Shown in pieces: positions 20,521 through 30,176 of a DNA stretch of 48,549 nucleotides. Source of the stretch: Fibrobacterales bacterium (lineage in GTDB: Bacteria; Fibrobacterota; Fibrobacteria; Fibrobacterales; JAOPTW01); assembly GCA_051532055.1 (NCBI GenBank), contig JAOPTX010000075.1, positions 1 to 48,549 on the forward strand, in the 5' to 3' direction. How positions within the stretch are numbered: the stretch's first letter is position 1; every line of letters begins with the position of its first letter. Made by a program: the position numbers and the translations under genes. The notes under the pieces were generated by a model. The model was given only the letters and a program-made list of their open reading frames with translations, ran no database searches and had not been told where the DNA came from.

Positions 20521-21660
20521 TTATTTGCCTTCCAGTTCTTTCAATATTACTTCAAGGTCAAACGTGTAGTTGGAAATAGATGGTACATACGTTTTGGAAA
20601 AGCGTTTAAAGTCAATCTTACGCCATGTATTTTCTTTGGAATTGCCGTGGAAAAGCTTCACATATGAAGATGTATTATCTTTATTGAGAACAGAGAAGCT
20701 AGACATAGTAGTTGGGGTGATGAGAGAGCGTTTATTATGGTAATCGAAAAGAGTAATAAGACTCCAACCACCATCCATAAAGTGACCTCCTACCGATGCG
20801 GTGAATAATTCTTTTTGGATATATTTAATTGCAGAGTGAGCCCAATCAATTCCCCCGGTAATGATGTCTCTACCCGGTTTTTTACCTGATTGGATAATTC
20901 CACTAACTGCCCCCAAAGCCATGCCATCACTTGCGGCCCAAATGACGTTGAGCTTGGGATATCGTTTCAGCAGTCCCATGGTGATTTCAGTTGCTTTTTC
21001 AGTCTCATAATAGCCGGGAATGAGCTGATGAAGTATCACTCGTGGGTTTTCAGAAACAGCCTTCTTTAGGCCCTGAACACGAAGAGATGATGAATTCGTT
21101 TTATATGTACCAGAGATTCCAGCCATATGAAGAACGCCTTCTTCGTCATCCAACCGTTTCATAAATCCTTGTTGAATAAGTTCTTTGGCTAAGAGATATC
21201 CTGCTTGAAAATCATCGGGAAGATATTGACCGAGCCAATTCTTATAAATAGACCCTGGGGTGCCAAACTTTGCTTGATCTTCAGGAACTATCCCCTCATT
21301 GAAAATAAATGTTTTTACCCCTTTTGCATTTGCTTTACTAATGAGCTCGGCCGCTGCATTTTTTTCATTTATCAATAAAATATAATCGGGTAGTATCGTG
21401 CGTTGTAGGAGTTTGTCGCCTTTGTATTTTAAGGTCATGTGATTCCTGTCGCAGTAAATTACCTCGAGATTAATATCAAGATCCTCCGCTACTGCAAGCA
21501 TAAAGTCTGTCATGGGTTTAAAAAAAAGATCCGTTTCGCTACCGGGATTAAGAAAAACAACAGAGGGTCTTAAGAGGATTCGCTGTTCATTGGCTTTAGA
21601 GGCAGGAATGAAAGACACCAAACATACTAGAATTAAATAAACAATACTGGGTTTAATCAA
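20521..21660 (-). CDS. Orphan periplasmic sugar-binding (ABC substrate-binding type) protein
   Basis: Signal peptide and type I periplasmic-binding motifs VVFLNPG, AGYLLAKELI, IWAASDGMALGA, GGIDW and SVGGHF. No permease or ATPase adjacent. Confidence 0.8.
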   Translation of the reverse strand: MIKPSIVYLILVCLVSFIPASKANEQRILLRPSVVFLNPGSETDLFFKPMTDFMLAVAEDLDINLEVIYCDRNHMTLKYKGDKLLQRTILPDYILLINEKNAAAELISKANAKGVKTFIFNEGIVPEDQAKFGTPGSIYKNWLGQYLPDDFQAGYLLAKELIQQGFMKRLDDEEGVLHMAGISGTYKTNSSSLRVQGLKKAVSENPRVILHQLIPGYYETEKATEITMGLLKRYPKLNVIWAASDGMALGAVSGIIQSGKKPGRDIITGGIDWAHSAIKYIQKELFTASVGGHFMDGGWSLITLFDYHNKRSLITPTTMSSFSVLNKDNTSSYVKLFHGNSKENTWRKIDFKRFSKTYVPSISNYTFDLEVILKELEGK

Positions 21661-21997
21661 TGGGTGAGGCTCCCTAAGTAAAATAGGCTAAATGATGATT
21701 AACGGTTACAACCATTGTAAGATAAAACGAGAAATATATCAAGTTTTAGACATTATCCTCGTTTTAAAAGCGCTATATTATCACACACAATTTCATACCA
21801 TGGATAAACAGGGGGATTATAGAAAACATTTAAATAATCTGCAACGATGTATTGTAAGGTTGATTATACAAGCAGAATTTATTTTTACCACTATATTTCG
21901 CTATTCTTAATAATTATCAGAATTGTTGTTGGAACAAAAATTGAACAATTCGGTGATATTATAATAACAAACACAACTCATTGTCAGATGGTAATTA

Positions 21998-22756
21998 TTA
22001 TTTCAGTTTATCGGCTAGTAGTTTGGCATAACGTTCCATAGGAATTCCCATGCTTTCTTGTAGCTCAATACCCTTGGTAAGGAGTTCATCTGTTTTAAGT
22101 GTGGGTATCTTGTTTTTGAAGGCGAGTATGATCGTATTTCCACTTTCAACGGTAAATCTGAGTATTCGGTTATCAAATTCATTTGATAAAAATTGATCGA
22201 ACTCTTCTCGAAGTGAATCGTCAGTATGCCATATGTTTAGTACGAGAACTCCCTGTTCATTGAGTCCATCTTTACAATCACGTAAATAGGAATTTTTTAC
22301 TTGCTTCGGTTCCATCCCTTTTGAATTGTATAGATCTGAAAAAATAATATCACTTTTTAGATTGGTGTTTTTTATGAAGTGAGCAGCATCGTCTATATGA
22401 ATGGAAAGACGATCGGTATCCGGTAAATAAAAAAATTCTTTTGCGGTTGCCACAACTGCTTCTCGGTATTCAACCGCGTGTACATTCAAATTCGAAAAGC
22501 TCTTAAGTAGGTTTTTTGCCATTGAGCCTGCACCGAGCCCCATGATAGTCGCTATTTTTACTGAGGGGGTAAATAACAAGCCCGTCATCATACCTTGTGT
22601 GTAGTCAAGAGTTAATCCATCAATGTCATTCAGCTTCATAGAGCTTTGATAAATTTCCCCATCAAAACTAAGAACTCGGCTCGTCCTTGTTTGGTAAACA
22701 TAAATTGCGCCATGCGCATCTTCTATTGATGAGATACAGCCCCCTCTGATATCCAT
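21998..22756 (-). CDS. Spermidine-synthase-like class I SAM-dependent methyltransferase
   Basis: IMGLGAGS SAM motif, VHAVEY, DDAAHFI, DIIFSDLY and GVLVLN. Confidence 0.82.
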   Translation of the reverse strand: MDIRGGCISSIEDAHGAIYVYQTRTSRVLSFDGEIYQSSMKLNDIDGLTLDYTQGMMTGLLFTPSVKIATIMGLGAGSMAKNLLKSFSNLNVHAVEYREAVVATAKEFFYLPDTDRLSIHIDDAAHFIKNTNLKSDIIFSDLYNSKGMEPKQVKNSYLRDCKDGLNEQGVLVLNIWHTDDSLREEFDQFLSNEFDNRILRFTVESGNTIILAFKNKIPTLKTDELLTKGIELQESMGIPMERYAKLLADKLK

Positions 22757-23072
22757 GATATTTTAACCTTTCTTAAATAGGTTTATCCTAAACTTGTCGA
22801 TTTTTTCGATATAGTGTGCTCTAATAAAATAATGTTACAAAAAAAAATATAATACATCATTCAATTCAAATTCTCAATTGAAATATTTCCCTCTGCTATA
22901 TTTACGTTTTAGTTTAATTAGGCTTATTCGCATATGTTCTCTTATCGATAGTAACAGATAGTTTTGTGAGGGGCTCACGATTAGTCAAATATCTATAGTG
23001 TTATTACTATAGTTTACGGTAAGTATAATGAGAATAATGTTCACGGAGTGTGATCAGATGATTGTATAAAGG

Positions 23073-23106
23073 AAAGGCAGGTATCTCTTTAGAAATACCT
23101 GCCTTT
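23073..23106 (-). terminator. Intrinsic terminator of the C25 peptidase gene
   Basis: AAAGGCAGGTAT-N10-ATACCTGCCTTT, 20 nt past the stop codon. Confidence 0.75.
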
Positions 23107-23126
23107 GTCAGTATATAGATATGTAT

Positions 23127-26100
23127 TTATTGAGCTTGGTGAACCTCAATATCATCGAAATAACATTTGGTTCCATCGGTTGCATCCATAAAAGTAAATT
23201 TTACATTCACAAATCCAGGTTTGTCCGGTATAACCTCATTAGGGGCAACATTTGCATGGGCAACCGTAAAGGTACCAGTGTAATTGGTTTCAGGACCGCT
23301 AATGGGGTGAGAGGTGCGATCATATTCTTCAAAGCTACTATAATGCTGAACGGCTACATCAATCGAGCGGCTTCCATAGCCGGTAACTCTTGAATTAAAT
23401 GAATAGTTGTATGTTTTACCAATTTCAACTTCAATCTCTTGATAGATCTGAACACTCCAGTCTGCAGGGGATGTAGACCATGGGTCGTACATGACGTCAA
23501 AACTATCTCCTGCTTTTTCGTCATGTGCAGCAATTTTAACTTCACCGCTTTTTGACTCACCATTAGAACCATTTCCATAGAGAGTCCACACACTGAGATT
23601 GCCTTGATCTTCAAAATCACCATTAACAATGATATTGGGTCCCGGTTCTGACGTATTGCTCACGGTCAACGTTGCGGTGCCGGTAACAATTCCTTCCCTG
23701 TCTCTCACTGTTAGGGTATAATCACCGAGGGTGTCTAGGGCCGTAATTGTGTATGAGTTCACTACATATGCGCCAGGAGCCCAAATGATAGGTGGACCGG
23801 GGATTGGGTGTTCTTCTCCGTATTGATCATACCCGATAGCGATAATAGAGCCCGTTTCACCGGTGCTCAGTGTCATGTCTTCGACCTCAATGCGGTCAAG
23901 ATACGGAGTTGGAGGAGGAGGAGGAGGTAGAGTAGTCGTTGTTCTGAGCTCAACATTGTCGATATAACATTTAACACTGCTGGTTGCACCAAAGAAAGCA
24001 ACTTTTACTGTTTCTGTTGTAGTGGCTGTAAATATTCCTGAATACTCTCTCTTGTTGCTTTCACCAATGAGATCGAACTCTAAGACTTCCTCGAGATGAG
24101 ACTCCCAAGGTGATTCAGCTTGCTGGATATTTACATAGAGCGTGCGACCATCAGAATTACCGGTTGCTCGAGCGTCAAAGGTCAGTTCATAATTTAATCC
24201 GGCAGTAATATTCACTTCCTGATAAAATTGAAGATCCCATGGGTTTGAAGCATCGCCACTTGGGTCATACGTAATGTCACCATCATCATGACTTGGTGTA
24301 AACGCTATAGTACCATTGCTTCCCTGAATTTCCCAATACTCTTGAGGGCTATTAAATGTACCATCTACAATGAGGTTTGGCCCCGGACCACTGGGGTCGA
24401 TTACCGTTAATACTGCAACATGAGTAAATGTGTTATCACTGGTAACATAGGTACCGGTTAGTTCAAATACACCTGCACCTTTATCCGCAATAAGTGTAGA
24501 GAAAGGGCCATATGATGCACCGGGGCTACTATACGTAACAGGTCCAATGCCATATACTTCATCGTATTGATCATAGGCGATGGTCGTTGCGTGTCCCGTT
24601 TGTCCCATATCCAATGTAAGGTCTTGAACCTCAATTCGATCAAGGAATCGAGGTTGTAAAGCGCCTCTCTGTTTTAAAACAATATTATCGATATAACATT
24701 TATCATCGTTTGTCGCTCCAAAGAAAGCAATTTTTACCTGCTCTGTCCTCGTTGCAGTAAAATGTGTGGTATAGGCTTTTTTATTGGGTTGGCCATGGAG
24801 TTCAAACGCCAAATATTGTGGGAGTTGTTTTTCCCAAGGTGACTCAGCTTGCTGTATGTTAACATACAGCCTACGACCAGAAGAATTACCTGTTGCCCGG
24901 GCATCAAAAGATAGGTCATATTCTTGACCTTCTACTACTGAAACAACTTGGTAGAACTGAAGACTCCCTTCGTCCGTTTCTTGTCCCGAAGGGTCGTAGG
25001 TAACATCGATATCGTCATGATTTGAGAAAATTATTTTTTCATTACCGTTTGTGCCTTCAGTTTGCCAGTGGTCAGAACCATTTGTAAAATCACCATTTTG
25101 AATCATATTCTTAGTAGGATCAACAATGGTAAGAGTGAAAGTGGTGGATGCGCCTGAATGTGCTACGGTTACTGTACAGGTGGCTTCATGGTATTTTGCA
25201 GTGAAACCATTTGCATTGTCATAGTCTGCACAGGGGTATCCTCCCGTCATTGACAGGTTTACAGGGGTTGAGATTGGGAATGGGTTATGGTACTGGTCAA
25301 GAGTTTGGTAGGGTATTTCTTGAAATTCACCGAAATTGATAGTCATATCTGGTACGTCAAGGTATGTGTATTTAGGTGGTTTAGGTTCAGCTGGAACACC
25401 ATGTACTTCTAAATCATACAGAGAGTACCCATATTCTGTACCACGTTTTACTCCATTAATTCGTACATGGGTAATATCATCATATGATAGGGGATATTCT
25501 GCACGGCCTGGGAGGCCTCCATGTATAAACCCAGCTGGTTTCCAAATAATTCCGTCAATAGAAATATATATCGAAAATTGATCAGCATAGGCACCCTCCC
25601 AGTTTAATACAAGTTTAGTAATATCAAATTGGCCTTCGAGGTCTACGGTTATTTGTTCGTATTGGTTAAATTCACTTGACCAGCGGGTCGTTGAGTTGCC
25701 GTCGATTGCTAGGTCTGCAGTGAAATTACCTTCTACAGAAGAGGCACTTGCTGTTTTGTTGAGTGCAATATCACGAGGAACGTATAGTTCAAATACTTGT
25801 TCTTCACCGGTACTTGATAATAAGAAATCTCTATTAATAGATTTATACCCTGCAGAATAAATTTTAACATTCATATCATCAGCTATGAGTTGAATATCAA
25901 AACGCCCATTGGCATCAGTTGTAATAGTTTCCATAAAATCAAATGTGTTAGAGTAGGTTATTTCAGTATGTGCAAAAGGGGCCTTTGTGTAACCATCGCG
26001 TACCAATCCATGAAAACGAGCGGCTTGATATATGGAAATAGACCCAGAATTATGTACCCACGTTTGAGTTCCGTCAGTATAAGAGATAGAATAGTTGTGT

Positions 26101-28373
26101 GGTACCTGTTCAGAACAAGTACTTGTGTTGATGATAAACTTTTCCAAAGGTCGGAATCCGCTACCCGGTGGAACATCTCCAACTGATATCGATTTCCGAA
26201 TATATTGAATACATGGATCAATAAAATTAATTTCAGCAGTTACTCCTAAAGCGTTCATGCTGCCTGTATTTGAAACCATAGTCTCAATGGTTAATTCCTC
26301 ATGTGGATTCCATACTCCATCATTATTACCATTAATATCACTGACAACCTGTACCCCACTCCTCAATACTGCTGGCTGACCGTCAACTGGCAAACGAAGT
26401 GCGGGGTCACCGAATAAAGTGCTCATATACATAACTTTTAAAGCTGAAATATCACCCATTCCTGCAAGCCATGAACTACTTTCGACACTATAGGCATTGA
26501 CTCGTCCAAGCTCCATAAACGGATGCTCTACATTTTTATCTACAAAATGGCGATGTAACCGGTGACTTGGCCCATCATAGGTTGCGATATCATCATTACG
26601 ATACCCCAGGCCATTGTGGGTATTGAGTACCGCAGCCAAAAATCCACTCGGTTCCGAAGTCATCATTCGTTCACCTACGCAATCTTGTGTGAAATCCCCT
26701 GTTTTACAAGATACCGAATAAAGAAATGGAAAACTGTGATTAGTGAGGGACCGTTCATCATCCAAAACCATTTTCATTAATAGATAAGAATTCCCGTGTC
26801 CGATATGGTGATATTGACCATATTCATTATTATTAATTGAGTTAATTATTGTTGAGGCGTTCCATGGTGTTTCATAATCAGAGAGATAGCTGGTGGCATA
26901 GCGTTGGTTTAATCCCATTGTATTAATGCCTAGTGCACTACTTCCCTCCATGAGTGTTGTTAAACCGACACGGGAATATTGAAAAATACCGACTCCAAAT
27001 GCTTCCCCCAGATATTCTCCTACGGTATGTACGTTATTGTAAAAATCAGAATTGGGCATTATATCAAAATGTACATGTTTATAAACCCAATTAGACATTT
27101 CCCATGGATTTGCTGCTGGGGTACGTCCTATGCTAAATTCAGAAAATAAATCCGGGAGTCCGCCATACTCTCCATCATCAGTTTCACCATAACTTCCATT
27201 GTTATTATAATCATAAGTGCCACCCAAACATTGATAATACATATCACTGGCAAACGACACCCCTGTTTCAGGGGTAAGAAGTCGTGCGGGTACCACATTG
27301 ACATCACCAGCGAGAAGAACGTATGTTATTCCCCAAGTGTTATAGGCATCAATAAGAAAATTTCGTATCTGTTCTTGATTGTCAACTCCGGTATAATTCG
27401 CATAAATATCTTCGACCGTAACAATTTTAGTTGGGTATCCCTTAAGAGTTTTCTTTGCTGCAAAATTGTGAATGGTGTATGTCTGGGTTGAATTGTAAAT
27501 CTCCTGGTTTGTAATGATGATATATTTATAACTTTCCATTGGATTTACAAGAGCACTTGCATAAGGGATTACAGTACTTTCTGCATTGGGAATTTGTGGT
27601 TCTGAAAAGGTTTCAAGAGCCTCTCTATTTTCAACAATAAAATCTTCCATGGTTTGTTCGTCAACAAAGGTAGACAATTGATGTGGTACACTTCTTCCTG
27701 CTAATAAAGGTGCTGCAGTTGTTTTGTCCTGAAGTTCAATCAGTACTGTAATATTTTTGAAACTGGTTACCTTTCCAGATAAGGGCTTATACATTGCAGG
27801 ATAGAGTGTAAAAACAGCCAACGAAACCCCACGTTTGTTTTCAATTGAATAGGGGCTGTAGGCGCGGGATGGAAACGAATCATCACTTTCATATATGCGA
27901 TTTAAGCGAGGAGTTTTCCCCTTAACGTTCGTTAATGATACATCAACCGCCTGAGATCCATGGTTGAGTTCAATATATTCATTAAACTCATTTTTGCCAC
28001 TTCGCTGCACTGTAATACTTTTGACTTCTTTTCCTTTTGGGAGAGCGACACTTACAGGGATTGCCGGTAGTATCGGCTCACCGGGCTGTTGCATCAATTG
28101 TGCATTACCGATGTGGAGGTCTGAGAGCGCAGTTCCGTTATGCTTCTTCAATAACTTTTTCACTTGTGCCTGAGGAAGTATATACTTAAGTCTGATACTG
28201 TTTTCTGTCTGTTTGACATTTACCTTTATTGCAGGAGCGTTATCCGGTTCAATTAACGATGCTACTCCACGCCACTGTTCATTTGCACTCAGAGTAGATG
28301 CGAGGAAAAACAATAAAAAAAACATGTATTTTCTCTGGAAACCAGCTGTAACTTGCCTGATACTATTATACAT
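23127..28373 (-). CDS. C25 (gingipain-like) cysteine peptidase with propeptide, F5/8C and three Ig-like + CBM4_9-like repeats
   Basis: Propeptide PGEPILP. C25 motifs YIIIT, IRNFL, YVLLAGD, SDMYY, IGR, HIGHG (His), SVSCKTGDF (Cys) and LFGDP. F5/8C IALNKTASASS..TRWSS. Three NMIQNGDF/NLIVDGTF/NIIVNGDF...YIDN modules. Confidence 0.88.
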   Translation of the reverse strand: MYNSIRQVTAGFQRKYMFFLLFFLASTLSANEQWRGVASLIEPDNAPAIKVNVKQTENSIRLKYILPQAQVKKLLKKHNGTALSDLHIGNAQLMQQPGEPILPAIPVSVALPKGKEVKSITVQRSGKNEFNEYIELNHGSQAVDVSLTNVKGKTPRLNRIYESDDSFPSRAYSPYSIENKRGVSLAVFTLYPAMYKPLSGKVTSFKNITVLIELQDKTTAAPLLAGRSVPHQLSTFVDEQTMEDFIVENREALETFSEPQIPNAESTVIPYASALVNPMESYKYIIITNQEIYNSTQTYTIHNFAAKKTLKGYPTKIVTVEDIYANYTGVDNQEQIRNFLIDAYNTWGITYVLLAGDVNVVPARLLTPETGVSFASDMYYQCLGGTYDYNNNGSYGETDDGEYGGLPDLFSEFSIGRTPAANPWEMSNWVYKHVHFDIMPNSDFYNNVHTVGEYLGEAFGVGIFQYSRVGLTTLMEGSSALGINTMGLNQRYATSYLSDYETPWNASTIINSINNNEYGQYHHIGHGNSYLLMKMVLDDERSLTNHSFPFLYSVSCKTGDFTQDCVGERMMTSEPSGFLAAVLNTHNGLGYRNDDIATYDGPSHRLHRHFVDKNVEHPFMELGRVNAYSVESSSWLAGMGDISALKVMYMSTLFGDPALRLPVDGQPAVLRSGVQVVSDINGNNDGVWNPHEELTIETMVSNTGSMNALGVTAEINFIDPCIQYIRKSISVGDVPPGSGFRPLEKFIINTSTCSEQVPHNYSISYTDGTQTWVHNSGSISIYQAARFHGLVRDGYTKAPFAHTEITYSNTFDFMETITTDANGRFDIQLIADDMNVKIYSAGYKSINRDFLLSSTGEEQVFELYVPRDIALNKTASASSVEGNFTADLAIDGNSTTRWSSEFNQYEQITVDLEGQFDITKLVLNWEGAYADQFSIYISIDGIIWKPAGFIHGGLPGRAEYPLSYDDITHVRINGVKRGTEYGYSLYDLEVHGVPAEPKPPKYTYLDVPDMTINFGEFQEIPYQTLDQYHNPFPISTPVNLSMTGGYPCADYDNANGFTAKYHEATCTVTVAHSGASTTFTLTIVDPTKNMIQNGDFTNGSDHWQTEGTNGNEKIIFSNHDDIDVTYDPSGQETDEGSLQFYQVVSVVEGQEYDLSFDARATGNSSGRRLYVNIQQAESPWEKQLPQYLAFELHGQPNKKAYTTHFTATRTEQVKIAFFGATNDDKCYIDNIVLKQRGALQPRFLDRIEVQDLTLDMGQTGHATTIAYDQYDEVYGIGPVTYSSPGASYGPFSTLIADKGAGVFELTGTYVTSDNTFTHVAVLTVIDPSGPGPNLIVDGTFNSPQEYWEIQGSNGTIAFTPSHDDGDITYDPSGDASNPWDLQFYQEVNITAGLNYELTFDARATGNSDGRTLYVNIQQAESPWESHLEEVLEFDLIGESNKREYSGIFTATTTETVKVAFFGATSSVKCYIDNVELRTTTTLPPPPPPTPYLDRIEVEDMTLSTGETGSIIAIGYDQYGEEHPIPGPPIIWAPGAYVVNSYTITALDTLGDYTLTVRDREGIVTGTATLTVSNTSEPGPNIIVNGDFEDQGNLSVWTLYGNGSNGESKSGEVKIAAHDEKAGDSFDVMYDPWSTSPADWSVQIYQEIEVEIGKTYNYSFNSRVTGYGSRSIDVAVQHYSSFEEYDRTSHPISGPETNYTGTFTVAHANVAPNEVIPDKPGFVNVKFTFMDATDGTKCYFDDIEVHQAQ

Positions 28374-28622
28374 ATGTATGTCCTTTAATTAGATAAGGGC
28401 TTATAAATAGAAACAAAACGAACGTTTTATTTCAATCACAAATGAAGGAGCGCAATAAGTGTTTTCTGGCTGTGAACAGCTAAAAAAGAATGTATTTGCT
28501 GTTTTTTCTCTTACTACCCGATCCAATAGTTCGAGTATCACTGTGATTTGCTCCCCGCGCGACCGAGTAAAGCGCTACCATTTTGTAAAAAGAGTGGATG
28601 AATGATAATTATACTTGCCGTT

Positions 28623-28640
28623 ATGTATCGATCGTTGTAT
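28623..28640. promoter_or_regulatory. TetR operator, copy 1
   Basis: ATGTATCGATCGTTGTAT, 9 nt before the TetR ATG and 16/18 identical to 29227-29244. Confidence 0.75.
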
Positions 28641-28649
28641 ATTTGGCTT

Positions 28650-29210
28650 ATGGCACGACCAATTGAATATGATATGGCTAAAGTTCTCAAAAGTGGGAGA
28701 AGCGTTTTCTGGAAAAAAGGATTCGCATCGACCGGTATGAGAGACCTTGAGAAGGCTACAGCCCTGAGTACACGGTCTTTTTATAACCTTTTTAAAAGCA
28801 AGAATGGTTTTTTTAAGGCGGTACTTGATGACTATCATACGGAGTTTCTTTCTCAGGCTAAAGCGGCCATGAAAAAGGGGCGAGGGATACCGGCTATTCA
28901 TAGTTTTTTTGCGGTGCTCGGAACAAATCAGCTTCAGAATGGCTGTTTGTTTATTAATACTTTAAATGAAATTCATCTTATTGATAGCAAAAATAGCGCA
29001 ACCGTAAACCGACATTTTAATGGACTCGAATCACTTTTTGCACAAAAGCTACAAGAGGCTGTTGATGACGGTTTTTATAGTGGTGATCCTGAGGTGAATG
29101 CCGCAATGATCGTAGTGTTTATTCAAGGGGTAACTAACTACTCAAAGCATAATCCTGAAAAGGTGGGGGCGCTTTTTGATGACTTTTTCAAGCGAATGGA
29201 ACTAGTATAA
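28650..29210 (+). CDS. TetR/AcrR-family regulator
   Basis: MARPIEYD..FWKKGFASTGMRDL..STRSFYNLFKSKNGFF HTH and a GCLFIN motif (NemR/ComR-like C-terminus). Start moved to MARP. Confidence 0.92.
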   Translation: MARPIEYDMAKVLKSGRSVFWKKGFASTGMRDLEKATALSTRSFYNLFKSKNGFFKAVLDDYHTEFLSQAKAAMKKGRGIPAIHSFFAVLGTNQLQNGCLFINTLNEIHLIDSKNSATVNRHFNGLESLFAQKLQEAVDDGFYSGDPEVNAAMIVVFIQGVTNYSKHNPEKVGALFDDFFKRMELV

Positions 29211-29226
29211 AAAAATTTGATTAATA

Positions 29227-29244
29227 ATGTATCGATCGTTACAT
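29227..29244. promoter_or_regulatory. TetR operator, copy 2
   Basis: Near-perfect palindrome ATGTATCGATCGTTACAT upstream of the AAGGAG RBS of the SRPBCC gene. Confidence 0.8.
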
Positions 29245-29290
29245 AATTAAATATTTGATAACCAACAATAATAACTAACAAGGAGTACCA

Positions 29291-29938
29291 ATGAAAAAAT
29301 TACTAAGTATCACAATAACAGGACTAACACTACTGGCAGTTGTCGGCTGTTCAGGTTCAATGAACATGCGCCAATCTGATTCTACACGGTATAATACTAT
29401 GTACGATCATGGAGATAGAACGATAGGTAAGTATAATGTTAATAACTACACTAATGCTCCGTTGCAGATTGTCAAAATGGTGCATCTTAAAGTGCCAACT
29501 GCCAAAGCGTTTGATTTGGTGGCAAAAGACATACCCCAGTGGTTTGATGGTATATCTGACCTGGTATGGGATCACTCTAAATCACCTTCAGGCGAATTTG
29601 GTGCGGGATCAACACGTATGTGCAAAATTGATGAGGATACAGTATATGAAAATATTCGTGTATGGGAGGATGGTAAAATATATGCGTATCAAATAGATAT
29701 GGAGCGTTCGACTTCGGGGTTTCCAATGTCTGAACATGTAGGGTTCTTTATTGTAGAGGATGATGGAATGGGTGGATCAATCGTAACCTGGCGTCAATAT
29801 TTTAATAGAAATGTGCATGTGATGTCACCAGTATTGGCATGGATGCTTGATAATAAGTTTATGACACCGGCTCTTGAAAAGTTGAGTTCATTATATGGTG
29901 GTCAGTTAATAGAGCCCAACATATACCCAGAGCTATAA
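29291..29938 (+). CDS. SRPBCC/polyketide-cyclase-2-like lipoprotein
   Basis: Lipobox VVGC, GAGSTRMC..VYENIRVWEDGKIYAY and GGSIVTWRQYF. Confidence 0.75.
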   Translation: MKKLLSITITGLTLLAVVGCSGSMNMRQSDSTRYNTMYDHGDRTIGKYNVNNYTNAPLQIVKMVHLKVPTAKAFDLVAKDIPQWFDGISDLVWDHSKSPSGEFGAGSTRMCKIDEDTVYENIRVWEDGKIYAYQIDMERSTSGFPMSEHVGFFIVEDDGMGGSIVTWRQYFNRNVHVMSPVLAWMLDNKFMTPALEKLSSLYGGQLIEPNIYPEL

Positions 29939-30176
29939 ATTAAATGTGAACTGTGTGACGTTACGGGATCTCCATGTCTGAGGCTGACACAGGATCCGTC
30001 AGACTTTAAGTGTTATGGGTGCTTACGCTGGGGAAGCACTGCAGGTATTGAATGATGAAAATAAGTCAATAAAGGGAAGTAAATGATGTTAAATCAAAAA
30101 TATGGTAATTCATCTGCTTACAGTATTATGTTCATTAATTAATTTTGGTTAAAATTTAATTGAGGAAAAAAAATCT

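Noticed and set aside
28480..28575. Riboswitch in the GC-richer leader of the C25 gene (also checked 40300-40385)
   Set aside because: I could not find consensus elements of c-di-GMP, TPP, SAM or cobalamin riboswitches. Only short weak stems are present. An Rfam scan would settle it.
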